Positions 44,077 to 54,689 of a stretch of 64,000 nt of DNA are shown here, piece after piece. A program made the translations under genes and the position numbers. Numbering within the stretch: the stretch's first letter is position 1; every line of letters begins with the position of its first letter. Location of the stretch: assembly GCF_001677475.2 (NCBI RefSeq), contig NZ_CP015229.1. One strand, 5' to 3'. The stretch is from Escherichia coli (lineage in GTDB: Bacteria > Pseudomonadota > Gammaproteobacteria > Enterobacterales > Enterobacteriaceae). The notes beneath the pieces are model-generated. The model did no database searches and had not been told where the DNA came from. It worked only from the letters and a program-made list of their open reading frames with translations.

Positions 44077-45060
44077 TCAGCAGTATAGGTTTTTTTCGTA
44101 GATCAGCATATCGCTGGTGAAATCGGCGTATTCAGCATATTTATTGAATGTATAAGGCGAGGCGTTTTCATCTAGTAAACGTAGCTTCAGACCATTACCA
44201 ATCAACAATGCTTTATCCTCTTCAATCAATGTTTCTTCGGTATAAAACGAAGAGCTGACCTTAAATCCGTCGGTGCACTGGTCATTTTGTGATTTTGTCG
44301 TCTTAATACTGAATGTTTTCGACATTGTGTGGCGGCGAATATCCAGCAGATTAAATTTACCAAAATCAATCACCTGTGTTTCTGGTGAAATAGAAAAATT
44401 GACGCTGCAATCCAGTACACGAATGTTTTCCAGACCAGTAATATGGTATTTCAGGTTTTGGGCGGTAGGGTCTTCGTTAACGCTACCGGCACCATCAAAT
44501 TGCACGACGATGTAGTCGCTAAGCGTACTTTGATAATCATGCGGCGGCATTTCGCGAATCTTAACGTATAACCGCATACGAGCGAGAAAGGTTCGCGACA
44601 TGTGAATATTAGCGGGGTCACCCGAGCATATTTTGTTCTGCCAGCCCATCGCGATAAGCTGCTCAGGGGTATAAATGTTAATGTTCTTACTGTCGATACA
44701 CTGGTTGGTGTCGATGCGGCTTTTCCCCAGACTGGCATCGTAATCGACACCATTGTATGTCACGCCGAGTTGATAATAACGATCCTGTACCCCTGGGTAG
44801 GGGTTTACCCATGCGTAGACATGTTCGCTTTCAAAGTTGCCGTTGGTATTGTTGTCGCAATAGACGGGAATTTTAATATCGTCAGATTCCCAGATCTTAT
44901 CGCCGAGTTTGGCATTACCTGGCACAGCAAAGGGTTGAATCGCTTCCGATTTTTCTACCGTTCCGCCGGAAGTACCAAAATAGCAGTTCAGCGCTAGCGC
45001 AGACTTCAATGGTAGAAATAACAGACAGATGACGAGCAACAATCCTTTGCCAGTACTCAT
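44077..45060 (-). CDS. ybgO: YbgO, fimbrial adhesin-like protein
   Basis: ORF 44077..45102; start chosen at [23 protein letters not shown] (signal peptide) preceded by GGAGG; last gene of the ybgDQPO chaperone-usher operon. Confidence 0.8.
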   Translation of the reverse strand: MSTGKGLLLVICLLFLPLKSALALNCYFGTSGGTVEKSEAIQPFAVPGNAKLGDKIWESDDIKIPVYCDNNTNGNFESEHVYAWVNPYPGVQDRYYQLGVTYNGVDYDASLGKSRIDTNQCIDSKNINIYTPEQLIAMGWQNKICSGDPANIHMSRTFLARMRLYVKIREMPPHDYQSTLSDYIVVQFDGAGSVNEDPTAQNLKYHITGLENIRVLDCSVNFSISPETQVIDFGKFNLLDIRRHTMSKTFSIKTTKSQNDQCTDGFKVSSSFYTEETLIEEDKALLIGNGLKLRLLDENASPYTFNKYAEYADFTSDMLIYEKNLYC

Positions 45061-45788
45061 TTCTTCGCCTCCACTGCTTGTAAACGGCAATGTCCGTTGC
45101 AATTGAGCGTCGTCATGCGTAACGCGCCGTAATCATCCATATAACCGAGATAAAACTGACTGCCGCTATAACTTCCGGTGTTTGTAATTACTGTACTAAA
45201 AGGCGCAACCATCACGGTTTTGAAGCCCGGGAGAACAGCTTGCTCATTTCGTCCCAGGTAGGCGATTGTCAGGTAATAGCCGGTCGGGTTTTTTAAGTTA
45301 AGTTGATTGCCCTGCTGGCTGACTTGTAACTGTAGCTCGACTTTTTCTCCTGCTTTCTTGCGTAACGCGGACGGTCTCCAGAACACCTTGATACGACTCT
45401 GGATGGCGACCTGCAGAACGGCATGACTGCTGTTTTTTTCTGGGGAGGGAGGAATTTCACGCATATTGTAGAAAAATAGCGTTTCGCGATCGCCAGGTAA
45501 TTTCGCGGTCGAGGCTTGCTTGACTATCCGCACCTGCGTTGTTGCTTTCGGTTCCAGACGTTGTATCGGTGGCAGGGCGACCAGAAGATCGTCGCTTTTC
45601 TCCCCTTTTTCATTTTCGAGCCAGGAATAAGCGAGGTAGGGGAGTTTATCGCTACGATTATCCACTCGCAGGCTGGTGGCTTTATCATTAGCGTTAAACA
45701 CAATGCGAGTGCGATCGGGTTGTAGCGCAGCGTAGCTGCACAGACTGGCAATCAACAACAAAAGGGGAAGTCCTTTCATAAATGTCAT
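45057..45788 (-). CDS. ybgP: YbgP, periplasmic fimbrial chaperone (PapD-like, 243 aa)
   Basis: [59 protein letters not shown]…. Confidence 0.88.
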   Translation of the reverse strand: MTFMKGLPLLLLIASLCSYAALQPDRTRIVFNANDKATSLRVDNRSDKLPYLAYSWLENEKGEKSDDLLVALPPIQRLEPKATTQVRIVKQASTAKLPGDRETLFFYNMREIPPSPEKNSSHAVLQVAIQSRIKVFWRPSALRKKAGEKVELQLQVSQQGNQLNLKNPTGYYLTIAYLGRNEQAVLPGFKTVMVAPFSTVITNTGSYSGSQFYLGYMDDYGALRMTTLNCNGHCRLQAVEAKK

Positions 45789-45803
45789 TTTTCATTTCCT
45801 TAA

Positions 45804-48263
45804 TTAATGACAAGGTAAAATCAGGCGATTTGCGGTGTCTTCCATATGTTCAGGAAGATGGATCGAGCAACGCTGGCTATCACCCCAGACCACGGTAAAT
45901 TGTTGATTTTCAGCGACTCCACTTAACCAGGCGTGTCCTTCCTCGCCAACCATCCCCACGCTAATGCCGCTATCATTCTGACGGATATCCGCACCGAGGG
46001 GAGGGAACTGACCGCTGGCGTTGCGAATGATGACGTTAACGTTATTACCGGAACGGGAAGCCAGCGATTTGTAACCTATCGCGCCTTCAATCCACGTTTC
46101 TTTGATAACGTTTTCTGCCACTGTTACGCCGTCGGGTAAGTCATTCATGTTCACCGCCACGGTGGAAGGCTGATAACTGGAAATCAACGGCACCACCGCA
46201 ATGCCAAAATGGTTGGTGTAGTCGAGATTGCCCTGAACCGGAATATCTGCCACGCCATCGGTACTGACCATCAGACGTGGTTCATTGGTGGAGCTGCGAC
46301 GATGGAACGCCGCACCATATTGAGTTGCCGTGAAAGAACCGCTCCAGCTGCTGCTGACGGAACTGTAATCATTGGCGGCATAGGTACCAGAAATATCCCA
46401 CTCACCCGCTGAACTCAGGTGCTGATAGTTACCGCTCACCTGGGCGCCATTGTCAGGACGGTCGGATTGCAGCCCGGCAGACATGCCCCAGCTATTACGT
46501 TCATCCAGCGTATCGTTCCACGACATGCGGTGCGTGGTGCTGTTACTACTGTTTTGCATGTCATAGCCGACTCGACCACCGTTACCGACAGGTAATGAAA
46601 TCGACAGGTAAATCTGGTTGTCGCGATCTTTGTCTTCGTAGTGGGTTGTGTTGAATGACGTCGAGATCGATATATCTTTCCAGTCACCGATATCAATATT
46701 AAAACCTGCCGTTATGTTGGCGGTCGTGGAGGTATTTGCGTTCCACCAGGTCTGATGTAACAGGTTGGCGTACAGGTTGAGGTTCAGAGGGGTTATCGGT
46801 TGGCCTACTGATAAGCTGATCGTCTGTTTTTCGTCTTGTGCATCGTTGTCGTTGTATTTGTGATCCAGATAGTTGGCGTAGCTGTGAAAATGACGATCGG
46901 AGAAGCGATAAGCAGCGAGTGAAATCGTACTATTTGTGGCGTCCACTTGTTTGCTGTAATTGAAACGGTAGCTTAAGCCCCGCTCGTCCTGCTGGGTATC
47001 AAATTGGCTACTGGCCCAGGTGACATCAAACGACAATGCACCAAGCCAGAGTATATTTTGCCCGATACCCATTGCGGCAGAATGGTAGTCGTCACCCGAA
47101 ATCAGCAGGCCGCCGTACAGCGAGGTATTTGACAGCATCCCCCAGGAAACTTCATTGCTAAAAAAGGTTTCATTTTCAGTTTGATGAGACATAGATGTTC
47201 GCGGCTGACCGGCAGCAAGTTTATAGCGAACCTGCCCCTGACGCGTAAGGAAAGGCGTCGATGCTGCCGAAACCTGGAAATTCTTCACCCGACCATCTTC
47301 TTCCGTCACTTTGACATCCAGCGTACCCTGGACGGACTGATTAAGGTCATCAATAATAAACGGGCCTGGCGGGACTTTTTTCTGATAAATAACTCGCCCC
47401 GAATGACTTACGGTGACAGTGGCGTTGGTTTGCGCGATACCGCTGATTTGTGGGGCGTAGCCGCGTAGCTCCCACGGTAACATCCGATCGTCACTTGCCA
47501 GTGCCGCGCCGGTATAAGAAAAGCCGTCGAAAATATTGGAACTGAAATCCGTTTCACCAAGGGTTAATTTTGAACCTAATTGCGGTAATGGACGAAAAAG
47601 ATAGGTGCGTGATATTTCGCCTGACTGTTCATGGTTATCATCGCTATCGGTCTGATTCAATTGGTAATCACTGCGTAAACGCCATGCTCCCGCGTTAATT
47701 CCGGCTGTTCCATAGGCGTTCAGGTTAGTGCTGTTGCTACCATCCTGTGGGCGGTAGCTGCTTGCAAACAGGTTGTAGTCCATCAGGACGCCGGCGACAC
47801 CCTCTTTCCATGTTGAGGGGGGAGTCCAGTTATCTGAGTGCCACGCCAGCCAGGCTTGTGGAATAGTGATATTCAGTTGCTGGCTAGCCTGATCAAAAAT
47901 GAAGAGAATTTCAGGCCGGGAGCTAAAATCGACGCACTGGTTTAACCGTGGTAACGACTGACGAACTTCAGGTTTTAAACCAAATTTATCTACCAGTAAA
48001 TCATTAATACACGGAATGGTTTGGTCACCGTTCTTTTTCCAGTCAATTTTTTGTCCGTTACTGATTTGGTTGTTATTTACTGCAACGCTAACAAAATATT
48101 CACCGGGAACAATGCCCCCTTTTTCCTTTAATAATGAAATATCAATGCGATCTCGCATCGATTTATCGAGGACATTCAGGTTGAATTCGACCGCCAATGC
48201 GGAAGGCATCGCCATGACCAGGCAGGATATAAAAGAGAGTCGATAAATATTCACGGTGTCCAT
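45804..48263 (-). CDS. ybgQ: YbgQ, outer-membrane fimbrial usher
   Basis: ORF 45804..48305 (833 aa); likely start at MDTVNIYRLSFISCLVMAMPSALA; usher family by size and operon position. Confidence 0.85.
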   Translation of the reverse strand: MDTVNIYRLSFISCLVMAMPSALAVEFNLNVLDKSMRDRIDISLLKEKGGIVPGEYFVSVAVNNNQISNGQKIDWKKNGDQTIPCINDLLVDKFGLKPEVRQSLPRLNQCVDFSSRPEILFIFDQASQQLNITIPQAWLAWHSDNWTPPSTWKEGVAGVLMDYNLFASSYRPQDGSNSTNLNAYGTAGINAGAWRLRSDYQLNQTDSDDNHEQSGEISRTYLFRPLPQLGSKLTLGETDFSSNIFDGFSYTGAALASDDRMLPWELRGYAPQISGIAQTNATVTVSHSGRVIYQKKVPPGPFIIDDLNQSVQGTLDVKVTEEDGRVKNFQVSAASTPFLTRQGQVRYKLAAGQPRTSMSHQTENETFFSNEVSWGMLSNTSLYGGLLISGDDYHSAAMGIGQNILWLGALSFDVTWASSQFDTQQDERGLSYRFNYSKQVDATNSTISLAAYRFSDRHFHSYANYLDHKYNDNDAQDEKQTISLSVGQPITPLNLNLYANLLHQTWWNANTSTTANITAGFNIDIGDWKDISISTSFNTTHYEDKDRDNQIYLSISLPVGNGGRVGYDMQNSSNSTTHRMSWNDTLDERNSWGMSAGLQSDRPDNGAQVSGNYQHLSSAGEWDISGTYAANDYSSVSSSWSGSFTATQYGAAFHRRSSTNEPRLMVSTDGVADIPVQGNLDYTNHFGIAVVPLISSYQPSTVAVNMNDLPDGVTVAENVIKETWIEGAIGYKSLASRSGNNVNVIIRNASGQFPPLGADIRQNDSGISVGMVGEEGHAWLSGVAENQQFTVVWGDSQRCSIHLPEHMEDTANRLILPCH

Positions 48264-48313
48264 ACCTGATAAATATTTGAAGAAAGGCGACGATGACGCC
48301 GCCAAAGTGATAC

Positions 48314-48880
48314 TTATTTATAATCCAGTACGTAGGTCGCATTCGCCGTAACTGCGCCTGGTGTTACGGGCGTAGCCTGATCAATTTGTTCCATCCACGC
48401 AAAGAAATTTAACGTTTGTTCGCTGGAGGTTGGTGCCAGGTCGATATCTGGAGTAGCGTTGCCTAAAACGATATTGGTTTGATCTTTATTCATTAAACGC
48501 ACGCCGACACCAGTCGCTTCACCCGTGCTGGTGTTGTTGAGAATCGGATCTGCGCCGGTGGTTTTCGCTGAGCTGTCAAAGGTGACTGCAACTTTAGAAA
48601 TCTTGCCGCCGGAACCGTTGTTAGAGTTTTCCAGATCGCAGTTGACTAAGCGCAGGTCGACAGCAACGGCATCGCTGTGATGCGACTGATTAATGTGGCT
48701 GGTGGTCACCTGACCGAGTTCAACCTCTTTATCAATATCATCCTGATGTATTTCACACGGTGCTTCAATAACTTCACCTTTAAAGTGAATTTCACCGGAT
48801 CCTTCATCAGCCGCATAAACAGGTGCAGTGAACAGCAGAGATACGGCCAGTGCGGCCAATGTTTTTTGTCCTTTAAACAT
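48314..48880 (-). CDS. ybgD: YbgD, fimbrial major subunit-like protein (188 aa)
   Basis: ORF 48314..48967; start chosen at MFKGQKTLAALAVSLLFTAPVYA (signal peptide) with AAGGA RBS. Confidence 0.85.
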   Translation of the reverse strand: MFKGQKTLAALAVSLLFTAPVYAADEGSGEIHFKGEVIEAPCEIHQDDIDKEVELGQVTTSHINQSHHSDAVAVDLRLVNCDLENSNNGSGGKISKVAVTFDSSAKTTGADPILNNTSTGEATGVGVRLMNKDQTNIVLGNATPDIDLAPTSSEQTLNFFAWMEQIDQATPVTPGAVTANATYVLDYK

Positions 48881-49268
48881 AGCTGAGTCCTTTAAATAAT
48901 GAGATAGAGTGTTGCGAGGCAAGAATATATTAACTGACAGTTGAATGTATTTGGTTTTATTTAACAATATTAAAAAGCTTGTTATATAAAGAATGGAATA
49001 ATTGAGTGCATAAATTTATTGTTTAATGAGATGAAGGATGGGGGGGATGGATATGCATAATTTTCATTGGGTTAACAATGCTACCGGCAGGAAAGTATAA
49101 AAATAAACTTATCATTCTGCTCAGTATGTGACTTGTCATATTTTTTCACCTTATTAATGGGTATTTGCATCTGGTTTAATTTTTACAATTTATTATGTTC
49201 AGCCATATAAAAAAGAACCCGCTCTATTAAAGGCGGGTCCGGAAAGTAAACGGCTTAGCAATCAACCA

Positions 49269-50552
49269 TTAACGCTTGATATCGCTTTTAAAGTCGCGTT
49301 TTTCATATCCTGTATACAGCTGACGCGGACGGGCAATCTTCATACCGTCACTGTGCATTTCGCTCCAGTGGGCGATCCAGCCAACGGTACGTGCCATTGC
49401 GAAAATGACGGTGAACATGGAAGACGGAATACCCATCGCTTTCAGGATGATACCAGAGTAGAAATCGACGTTCGGGTACAGTTTCTTCTCGATAAAGTAC
49501 GGGTCGTTCAGCGCGATGTTTTCCAGCTCCATAGCCACTTCCAGCAGGTCATCCTTCGTGCCCAGCTCTTTCAGCACTTCATGGCAGGTTTCACGCATTA
49601 CGGTGGCGCGCGGGTCGTAATTTTTGTATACGCGGTGACCGAAGCCCATCAGGCGGAAAGAATCATTTTTATCTTTCGCACGACGAACAAATTCCGGAAT
49701 GTGTTTAACGGAGCTGATTTCTTCCAGCATTTTCAGCGCCGCTTCGTTAGCACCACCGTGCGCAGGTCCCCACAGTGAAGCAATACCTGCTGCGATACAG
49801 GCAAACGGGTTCGCACCCGAAGAGCCAGCGGTACGCACGGTGGAGGTGGAGGCGTTCTGTTCATGGTCAGCGTGCAGGATCAGAATACGGTCCATAGCAC
49901 GTTCCAGAATCGGATTAACTTCATACGGTTCACACGGCGTGGAGAACATCATATTCAGGAAGTTACCGGCATAGGAGAGATCGTTGCGCGGGTAAACAAA
50001 TGGCTGACCAATGGAATACTTGTAACACATCGCGGCCATTGTCGGCATTTTCGACAGCAGGCGGAACGCGGCAATTTCACGATGACGAGGATTGTTAACA
50101 TCCAGCGAGTCGTGATAGAACGCCGCCAGCGCGCCGGTAATACCACACATGACTGCCATTGGATGCGAGTCACGACGGAAAGCATGGAACAGACGGGTAA
50201 TCTGCTCGTGGATCATGGTATGACGGGTCACCGTAGTTTTAAATTCGTCATACTGTTCCTGCGTCGGTTTTTCACCATTCAGCAGGATGTAACAAACTTC
50301 CAGGTAGTTAGAATCGGTCGCCAGCTGATCGATCGGGAAACCGCGGTGCAGCAAAATACCTTCATCACCATCAATAAAAGTAATTTTAGATTCGCAGGAT
50401 GCGGTTGAAGTGAAGCCTGGGTCAAAGGTGAACACACCTTTTGAACCGAGAGTACGGATATCAATAACATCTTGACCCAGCGTGCCTTTCAGCACATCCA
50501 GTTCAACAGCTGTGTCCCCGTTGAGGGTGAGTTTTGCTTTTGTATCAGCCAT
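49269..50552 (-). CDS. gltA: citrate synthase (427 aa)
   Basis: [81 protein letters not shown]…. Confidence 0.96.
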   Translation of the reverse strand: MADTKAKLTLNGDTAVELDVLKGTLGQDVIDIRTLGSKGVFTFDPGFTSTASCESKITFIDGDEGILLHRGFPIDQLATDSNYLEVCYILLNGEKPTQEQYDEFKTTVTRHTMIHEQITRLFHAFRRDSHPMAVMCGITGALAAFYHDSLDVNNPRHREIAAFRLLSKMPTMAAMCYKYSIGQPFVYPRNDLSYAGNFLNMMFSTPCEPYEVNPILERAMDRILILHADHEQNASTSTVRTAGSSGANPFACIAAGIASLWGPAHGGANEAALKMLEEISSVKHIPEFVRRAKDKNDSFRLMGFGHRVYKNYDPRATVMRETCHEVLKELGTKDDLLEVAMELENIALNDPYFIEKKLYPNVDFYSGIILKAMGIPSSMFTVIFAMARTVGWIAHWSEMHSDGMKIARPRQLYTGYEKRDFKSDIKR

Positions 50553-51260
50553 TTAAGGTCTCCTTAGCGCCTTATTGCGTAAGACTGCCGGAACTTAAAT
50601 TTGCCTTCGCACATCAACCTGGCTTTACCCGTTTTTTATTTGGCTCGCCGCTCTGTGAAAGAGGGGAAAACCTGGGTACAGAGCTCTGGGCGCTTGCAGG
50701 TAAAGGATCCATTGATGACGAATAAATGGCGAATCAAGTACTTAGCAATCCGAATTATTAAACTTGTCTACCACTAATAACTGTCCCGAATGAATTGGTC
50801 AATACTTCCACACTGTTACATAAGTTAATCTTAGGTGAAATACCGACTTCATAACTTTTACGCATTATATGCTTTTCCTAGTAATGTTTGTAACAACTTT
50901 GTTGAATGATTGTCAAATTAGATGATTAAAAATTAAATAAATGTTGTTATCGTGACCTGGATCACTGTTCAGGATAAAACCAGACAAACTATATGTAGGT
51001 TAATTGTAATGATTTTGTGAACAGCCTATACTGCCGCCAGGTCTCCGGAACACCCTGCAATCCCGAGCCACCCAGCGTTGTAACGTGTCGTTTTCGCATC
51101 TGGAAGCAGTGTTTTGCATGACGCGCAGTTATAGAAAGGACGCTGTCTGACCCGCAAGCAGACCGGAGGAAGGAAATCCCGACGTCTCCAGGTAACAGAA
51201 AGTTAACCTCTGTGCCCGTAGTCCCCAGGGAATAATAAGAACAGCATGTGGGCGTTATTC
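50553..51260. promoter_or_regulatory. gltA / sdhCDAB-sucABCD divergent promoter region
   Basis: About 700-bp AT-rich intergenic region between divergent gltA and sdhC; function assigned from knowledge of the locus, sites not individually resolved. Confidence 0.5.
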
Positions 51261-51650
51261 ATGATAAGAAATGTGAAAAAACAAAGACCTGTTAATCTGG
51301 ACCTACAGACCATCCGGTTCCCCGTCACGGCGATAGCGTCCATTCTCCATCGCGTTTCCGGTGTGATCACCTTTGTTGCAGTGGGCATCCTGCTGTGGCT
51401 TCTGGGTACCAGCCTCTCTTCCCCTGAAGGTTTCGAGCAAGCTTCCGCGATTATGGGCAGCTTCTTCGTCAAATTTATCATGTGGGGCATCCTTACCGCT
51501 CTGGCGTATCACGTCGTCGTAGGTATTCGCCACATGATGATGGATTTTGGCTATCTGGAAGAAACATTCGAAGCGGGTAAACGCTCCGCCAAAATCTCCT
51601 TTGTTATTACTGTCGTGCTTTCACTTCTCGCAGGAGTCCTCGTATGGTAA
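51261..51650 (+). CDS. sdhC: succinate dehydrogenase cytochrome b556 subunit SdhC (129 aa)
   Basis: ORF 51246..51650 contains [38 protein letters not shown]…; start chosen at MIRNVKK. Confidence 0.93.
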
Positions 51651-51991
51651 GCAACGCCTCCGCATTAGGACGCAATGGCGTACATGATTTCATCCTCGTT
51701 CGCGCTACCGCTATCGTCCTGACGCTCTACATCATTTATATGGTCGGTTTTTTCGCTACCAGTGGCGAGCTGACATATGAAGTCTGGATCGGTTTCTTCG
51801 CCTCTGCGTTCACCAAAGTGTTCACCCTGCTGGCGCTGTTTTCTATCTTGATCCATGCCTGGATCGGCATGTGGCAGGTGTTGACCGACTACGTTAAACC
51901 GCTGGCTTTGCGCCTGATGCTGCAACTGGTGATTGTCGTTGCACTGGTGGTTTACGTGATTTATGGATTCGTTGTGGTGTGGGGTGTGTGA
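51644..51991 (+). CDS. sdhD: succinate dehydrogenase membrane anchor SdhD (115 aa)
   Basis: [55 protein letters not shown]…. Confidence 0.95.
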
Positions 51992-53757
51992 TGAAATTGC
52001 CAGTCAGAGAATTTGATGCAGTTGTGATTGGTGCCGGCGGCGCAGGTATGCGCGCGGCGCTGCAAATTTCCCAGAGCGGCCAGACCTGTGCGCTGCTCTC
52101 TAAAGTCTTCCCGACCCGTTCCCATACCGTTTCTGCGCAAGGCGGCATTACCGTTGCGCTGGGTAATACCCATGAAGATAACTGGGAATGGCATATGTAC
52201 GACACCGTAAAAGGGTCGGACTATATCGGTGACCAGGACGCGATTGAATATATGTGTAAAACCGGGCCGGAAGCGATTCTGGAACTGGAGCACATGGGCC
52301 TGCCATTCTCGCGTCTTGATGATGGTCGTATCTATCAACGTCCGTTTGGCGGTCAGTCGAAAAACTTCGGCGGCGAGCAGGCGGCACGTACTGCGGCGGC
52401 TGCTGACCGTACCGGTCACGCACTGTTGCACACCCTTTATCAGCAGAACCTGAAAAACCACACCACCATTTTCTCCGAGTGGTATGCGCTGGATCTGGTG
52501 AAAAACCAGGATGGCGCGGTGGTCGGTTGTACCGCACTGTGCATCGAAACTGGTGAAGTGGTTTACTTCAAAGCTCGCGCTACCGTGCTGGCGACTGGCG
52601 GGGCAGGGCGTATTTATCAGTCCACTACCAACGCCCACATTAACACTGGCGACGGCGTCGGCATGGCTATCCGTGCAGGCGTACCAGTGCAGGATATGGA
52701 AATGTGGCAGTTCCACCCGACTGGTATTGCCGGTGCGGGCGTACTGGTCACCGAAGGGTGCCGTGGTGAAGGCGGTTATCTGCTGAACAAACATGGCGAA
52801 CGCTTTATGGAGCGTTATGCGCCGAACGCCAAAGACCTGGCGGGCCGTGACGTGGTGGCGCGTTCCATCATGATTGAAATCCGTGAAGGTCGCGGCTGTG
52901 ATGGTCCGTGGGGGCCACACGCAAAACTGAAACTTGACCACCTGGGTAAAGAAGTTCTCGAATCCCGTCTGCCGGGTATCCTGGAACTCTCCCGTACCTT
53001 CGCTCACGTCGATCCGGTGAAAGAGCCGATTCCGGTTATCCCAACCTGTCACTACATGATGGGCGGTATTCCGACCAAAGTGACCGGTCAGGCGCTGACT
53101 GTGAACGAGAAAGGCGAAGATGTGGTTGTTCCGGGGCTGTTTGCCGTTGGTGAAATCGCTTGTGTATCGGTACACGGCGCTAACCGTCTGGGCGGCAACT
53201 CGCTGCTGGACCTGGTGGTCTTTGGTCGCGCAGCGGGTCTGCATCTGCAAGAGTCTATCGCCGAGCAGGGCGCACTGCGCGATGCCAGCGAGTCTGATGT
53301 TGAAGCGTCTCTGGATCGTCTGAACCGCTGGAACAACAACCGTAACGGTGAAGATCCGGTGGCGATCCGTAAAGCGCTGCAAGAATGTATGCAGCATAAC
53401 TTCTCGGTCTTCCGTGAAGGTGATGCGATGGCGAAAGGGCTTGAGCAGTTGAAAGTGATCCGCGAGCGTCTGAAAAATGCCCGTCTGGATGACACTTCCA
53501 GCGAGTTCAACACCCAGCGCGTTGAGTGCCTGGAACTGGATAACCTGATGGAAACGGCGTATGCAACGGCTGTTTCTGCCAACTTCCGTACCGAAAGCCG
53601 TGGCGCGCATAGCCGCTTCGACTTCCCGGATCGTGATGATGAAAACTGGCTGTGCCACTCCCTGTATCTGCCTGAGTCGGAATCCATGACGCGCCGAAGC
53701 GTCAACATGGAACCGAAACTGCGCCCGGCATTCCCGCCGAAGATTCGTACTTACTAA
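51991..53757 (+). CDS. sdhA: succinate dehydrogenase flavoprotein SdhA (588 aa)
   Basis: ORF 51979..53757 contains [52 protein letters not shown]…; start at MKLPV overlapping the sdhD stop. Confidence 0.95.
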   Translation: MKLPVREFDAVVIGAGGAGMRAALQISQSGQTCALLSKVFPTRSHTVSAQGGITVALGNTHEDNWEWHMYDTVKGSDYIGDQDAIEYMCKTGPEAILELEHMGLPFSRLDDGRIYQRPFGGQSKNFGGEQAARTAAAADRTGHALLHTLYQQNLKNHTTIFSEWYALDLVKNQDGAVVGCTALCIETGEVVYFKARATVLATGGAGRIYQSTTNAHINTGDGVGMAIRAGVPVQDMEMWQFHPTGIAGAGVLVTEGCRGEGGYLLNKHGERFMERYAPNAKDLAGRDVVARSIMIEIREGRGCDGPWGPHAKLKLDHLGKEVLESRLPGILELSRTFAHVDPVKEPIPVIPTCHYMMGGIPTKVTGQALTVNEKGEDVVVPGLFAVGEIACVSVHGANRLGGNSLLDLVVFGRAAGLHLQESIAEQGALRDASESDVEASLDRLNRWNNNRNGEDPVAIRKALQECMQHNFSVFREGDAMAKGLEQLKVIRERLKNARLDDTSSEFNTQRVECLELDNLMETAYATAVSANFRTESRGAHSRFDFPDRDDENWLCHSLYLPESESMTRRSVNMEPKLRPAFPPKIRTY

Positions 53758-53772
53758 TGCGGAGACAGGAAA

Positions 53773-54489
53773 ATGAGACTCGAGTTTTCAATTTATCGCT
53801 ATAACCCGGATGTTGATGATGCTCCGCGTATGCAGGATTACACCCTGGAAGCGGAAGAAGGTCGTGACATGATGCTGCTGGATGCGCTTATCCAGCTGAA
53901 AGAGAAAGATCCCAGCCTGTCGTTCCGTCGCTCCTGCCGTGAAGGTGTGTGCGGTTCCGACGGTCTGAACATGAACGGCAAGAATGGTCTGGCCTGTATT
54001 ACCCCGATTTCGGCACTCAACCAGCCGGGCAAGAAGATTGTGATTCGCCCACTGCCAGGTTTACCGGTGATCCGTGATTTGGTGGTAGACATGGGACAAT
54101 TCTATGCGCAATATGAGAAAATTAAGCCTTACCTGTTGAATAATGGACAAAATCCGCCAGCTCGCGAGCATTTACAGATGCCAGAGCAGCGCGAAAAACT
54201 CGACGGGCTGTATGAATGTATTCTCTGCGCATGTTGTTCAACCTCTTGTCCGTCTTTCTGGTGGAATCCCGATAAGTTTATCGGCCCGGCAGGCTTGTTA
54301 GCGGCATATCGTTTCCTGATCGATAGCCGTGATACCGAGACTGACAGCCGCCTCGACGGTTTGAGCGATGCATTCAGTGTATTCCGCTGTCACAGCATCA
54401 TGAACTGCGTCAGTGTATGTCCGAAGGGGCTGAACCCGACGCGCGCCATCGGCCATATCAAGTCGATGTTGTTGCAACGTAATGCGTAA
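53773..54489 (+). CDS. sdhB: succinate dehydrogenase iron-sulfur subunit SdhB (238 aa)
   Basis: ORF MRLEFSIYRYNPDVDDAPRMQDYTLEAEEGRDMMLLDALIQLKEKDPSLSFRRSCREGVCGSDG…; Cys clusters for three Fe-S centres. Confidence 0.96.
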   Translation: MRLEFSIYRYNPDVDDAPRMQDYTLEAEEGRDMMLLDALIQLKEKDPSLSFRRSCREGVCGSDGLNMNGKNGLACITPISALNQPGKKIVIRPLPGLPVIRDLVVDMGQFYAQYEKIKPYLLNNGQNPPAREHLQMPEQREKLDGLYECILCACCSTSCPSFWWNPDKFIGPAGLLAAYRFLIDSRDTETDSRLDGLSDAFSVFRCHSIMNCVSVCPKGLNPTRAIGHIKSMLLQRNA

Positions 54490-54501
54490 TTAAATGTTGA
54501 T

Positions 54502-54520
54502 GCCGGGGAAATCCCCCGGC
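54502..54520 (+). other. stem-loop in the sdhB-sucA intergenic region (no T-run; possible RNA processing or attenuation structure)
   Basis: GCCGGGGaaatCCCCCGGC perfect hairpin directly after the sdhB stop. Confidence 0.4.
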
Positions 54521-54689
54521 TATTCAGGAAATCTTTAAAAACTGCCCCTGACACTAAGACAGTTTTTAAAGGTTCCTTCGCGAGCCACTACGTAGACAAG
54601 AGCTCGCAAGTGAACCCCGGCACGCACATCACTGTGCGTGGTAGTATCCACGGCGAAGTAAGCATAAAAAAGATGCTTAAGGGATCACG

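Noticed and set aside
43557-44120. 187-aa plus-strand ORF across the abrB-ybgO intergenic region
   Set aside because: Mostly antisense to abrB, with no conserved features
51961-53658. 565-aa ORF antisense to sdhA
   Set aside because: Shadow ORF inside sdhA; sdhA identity is unambiguous
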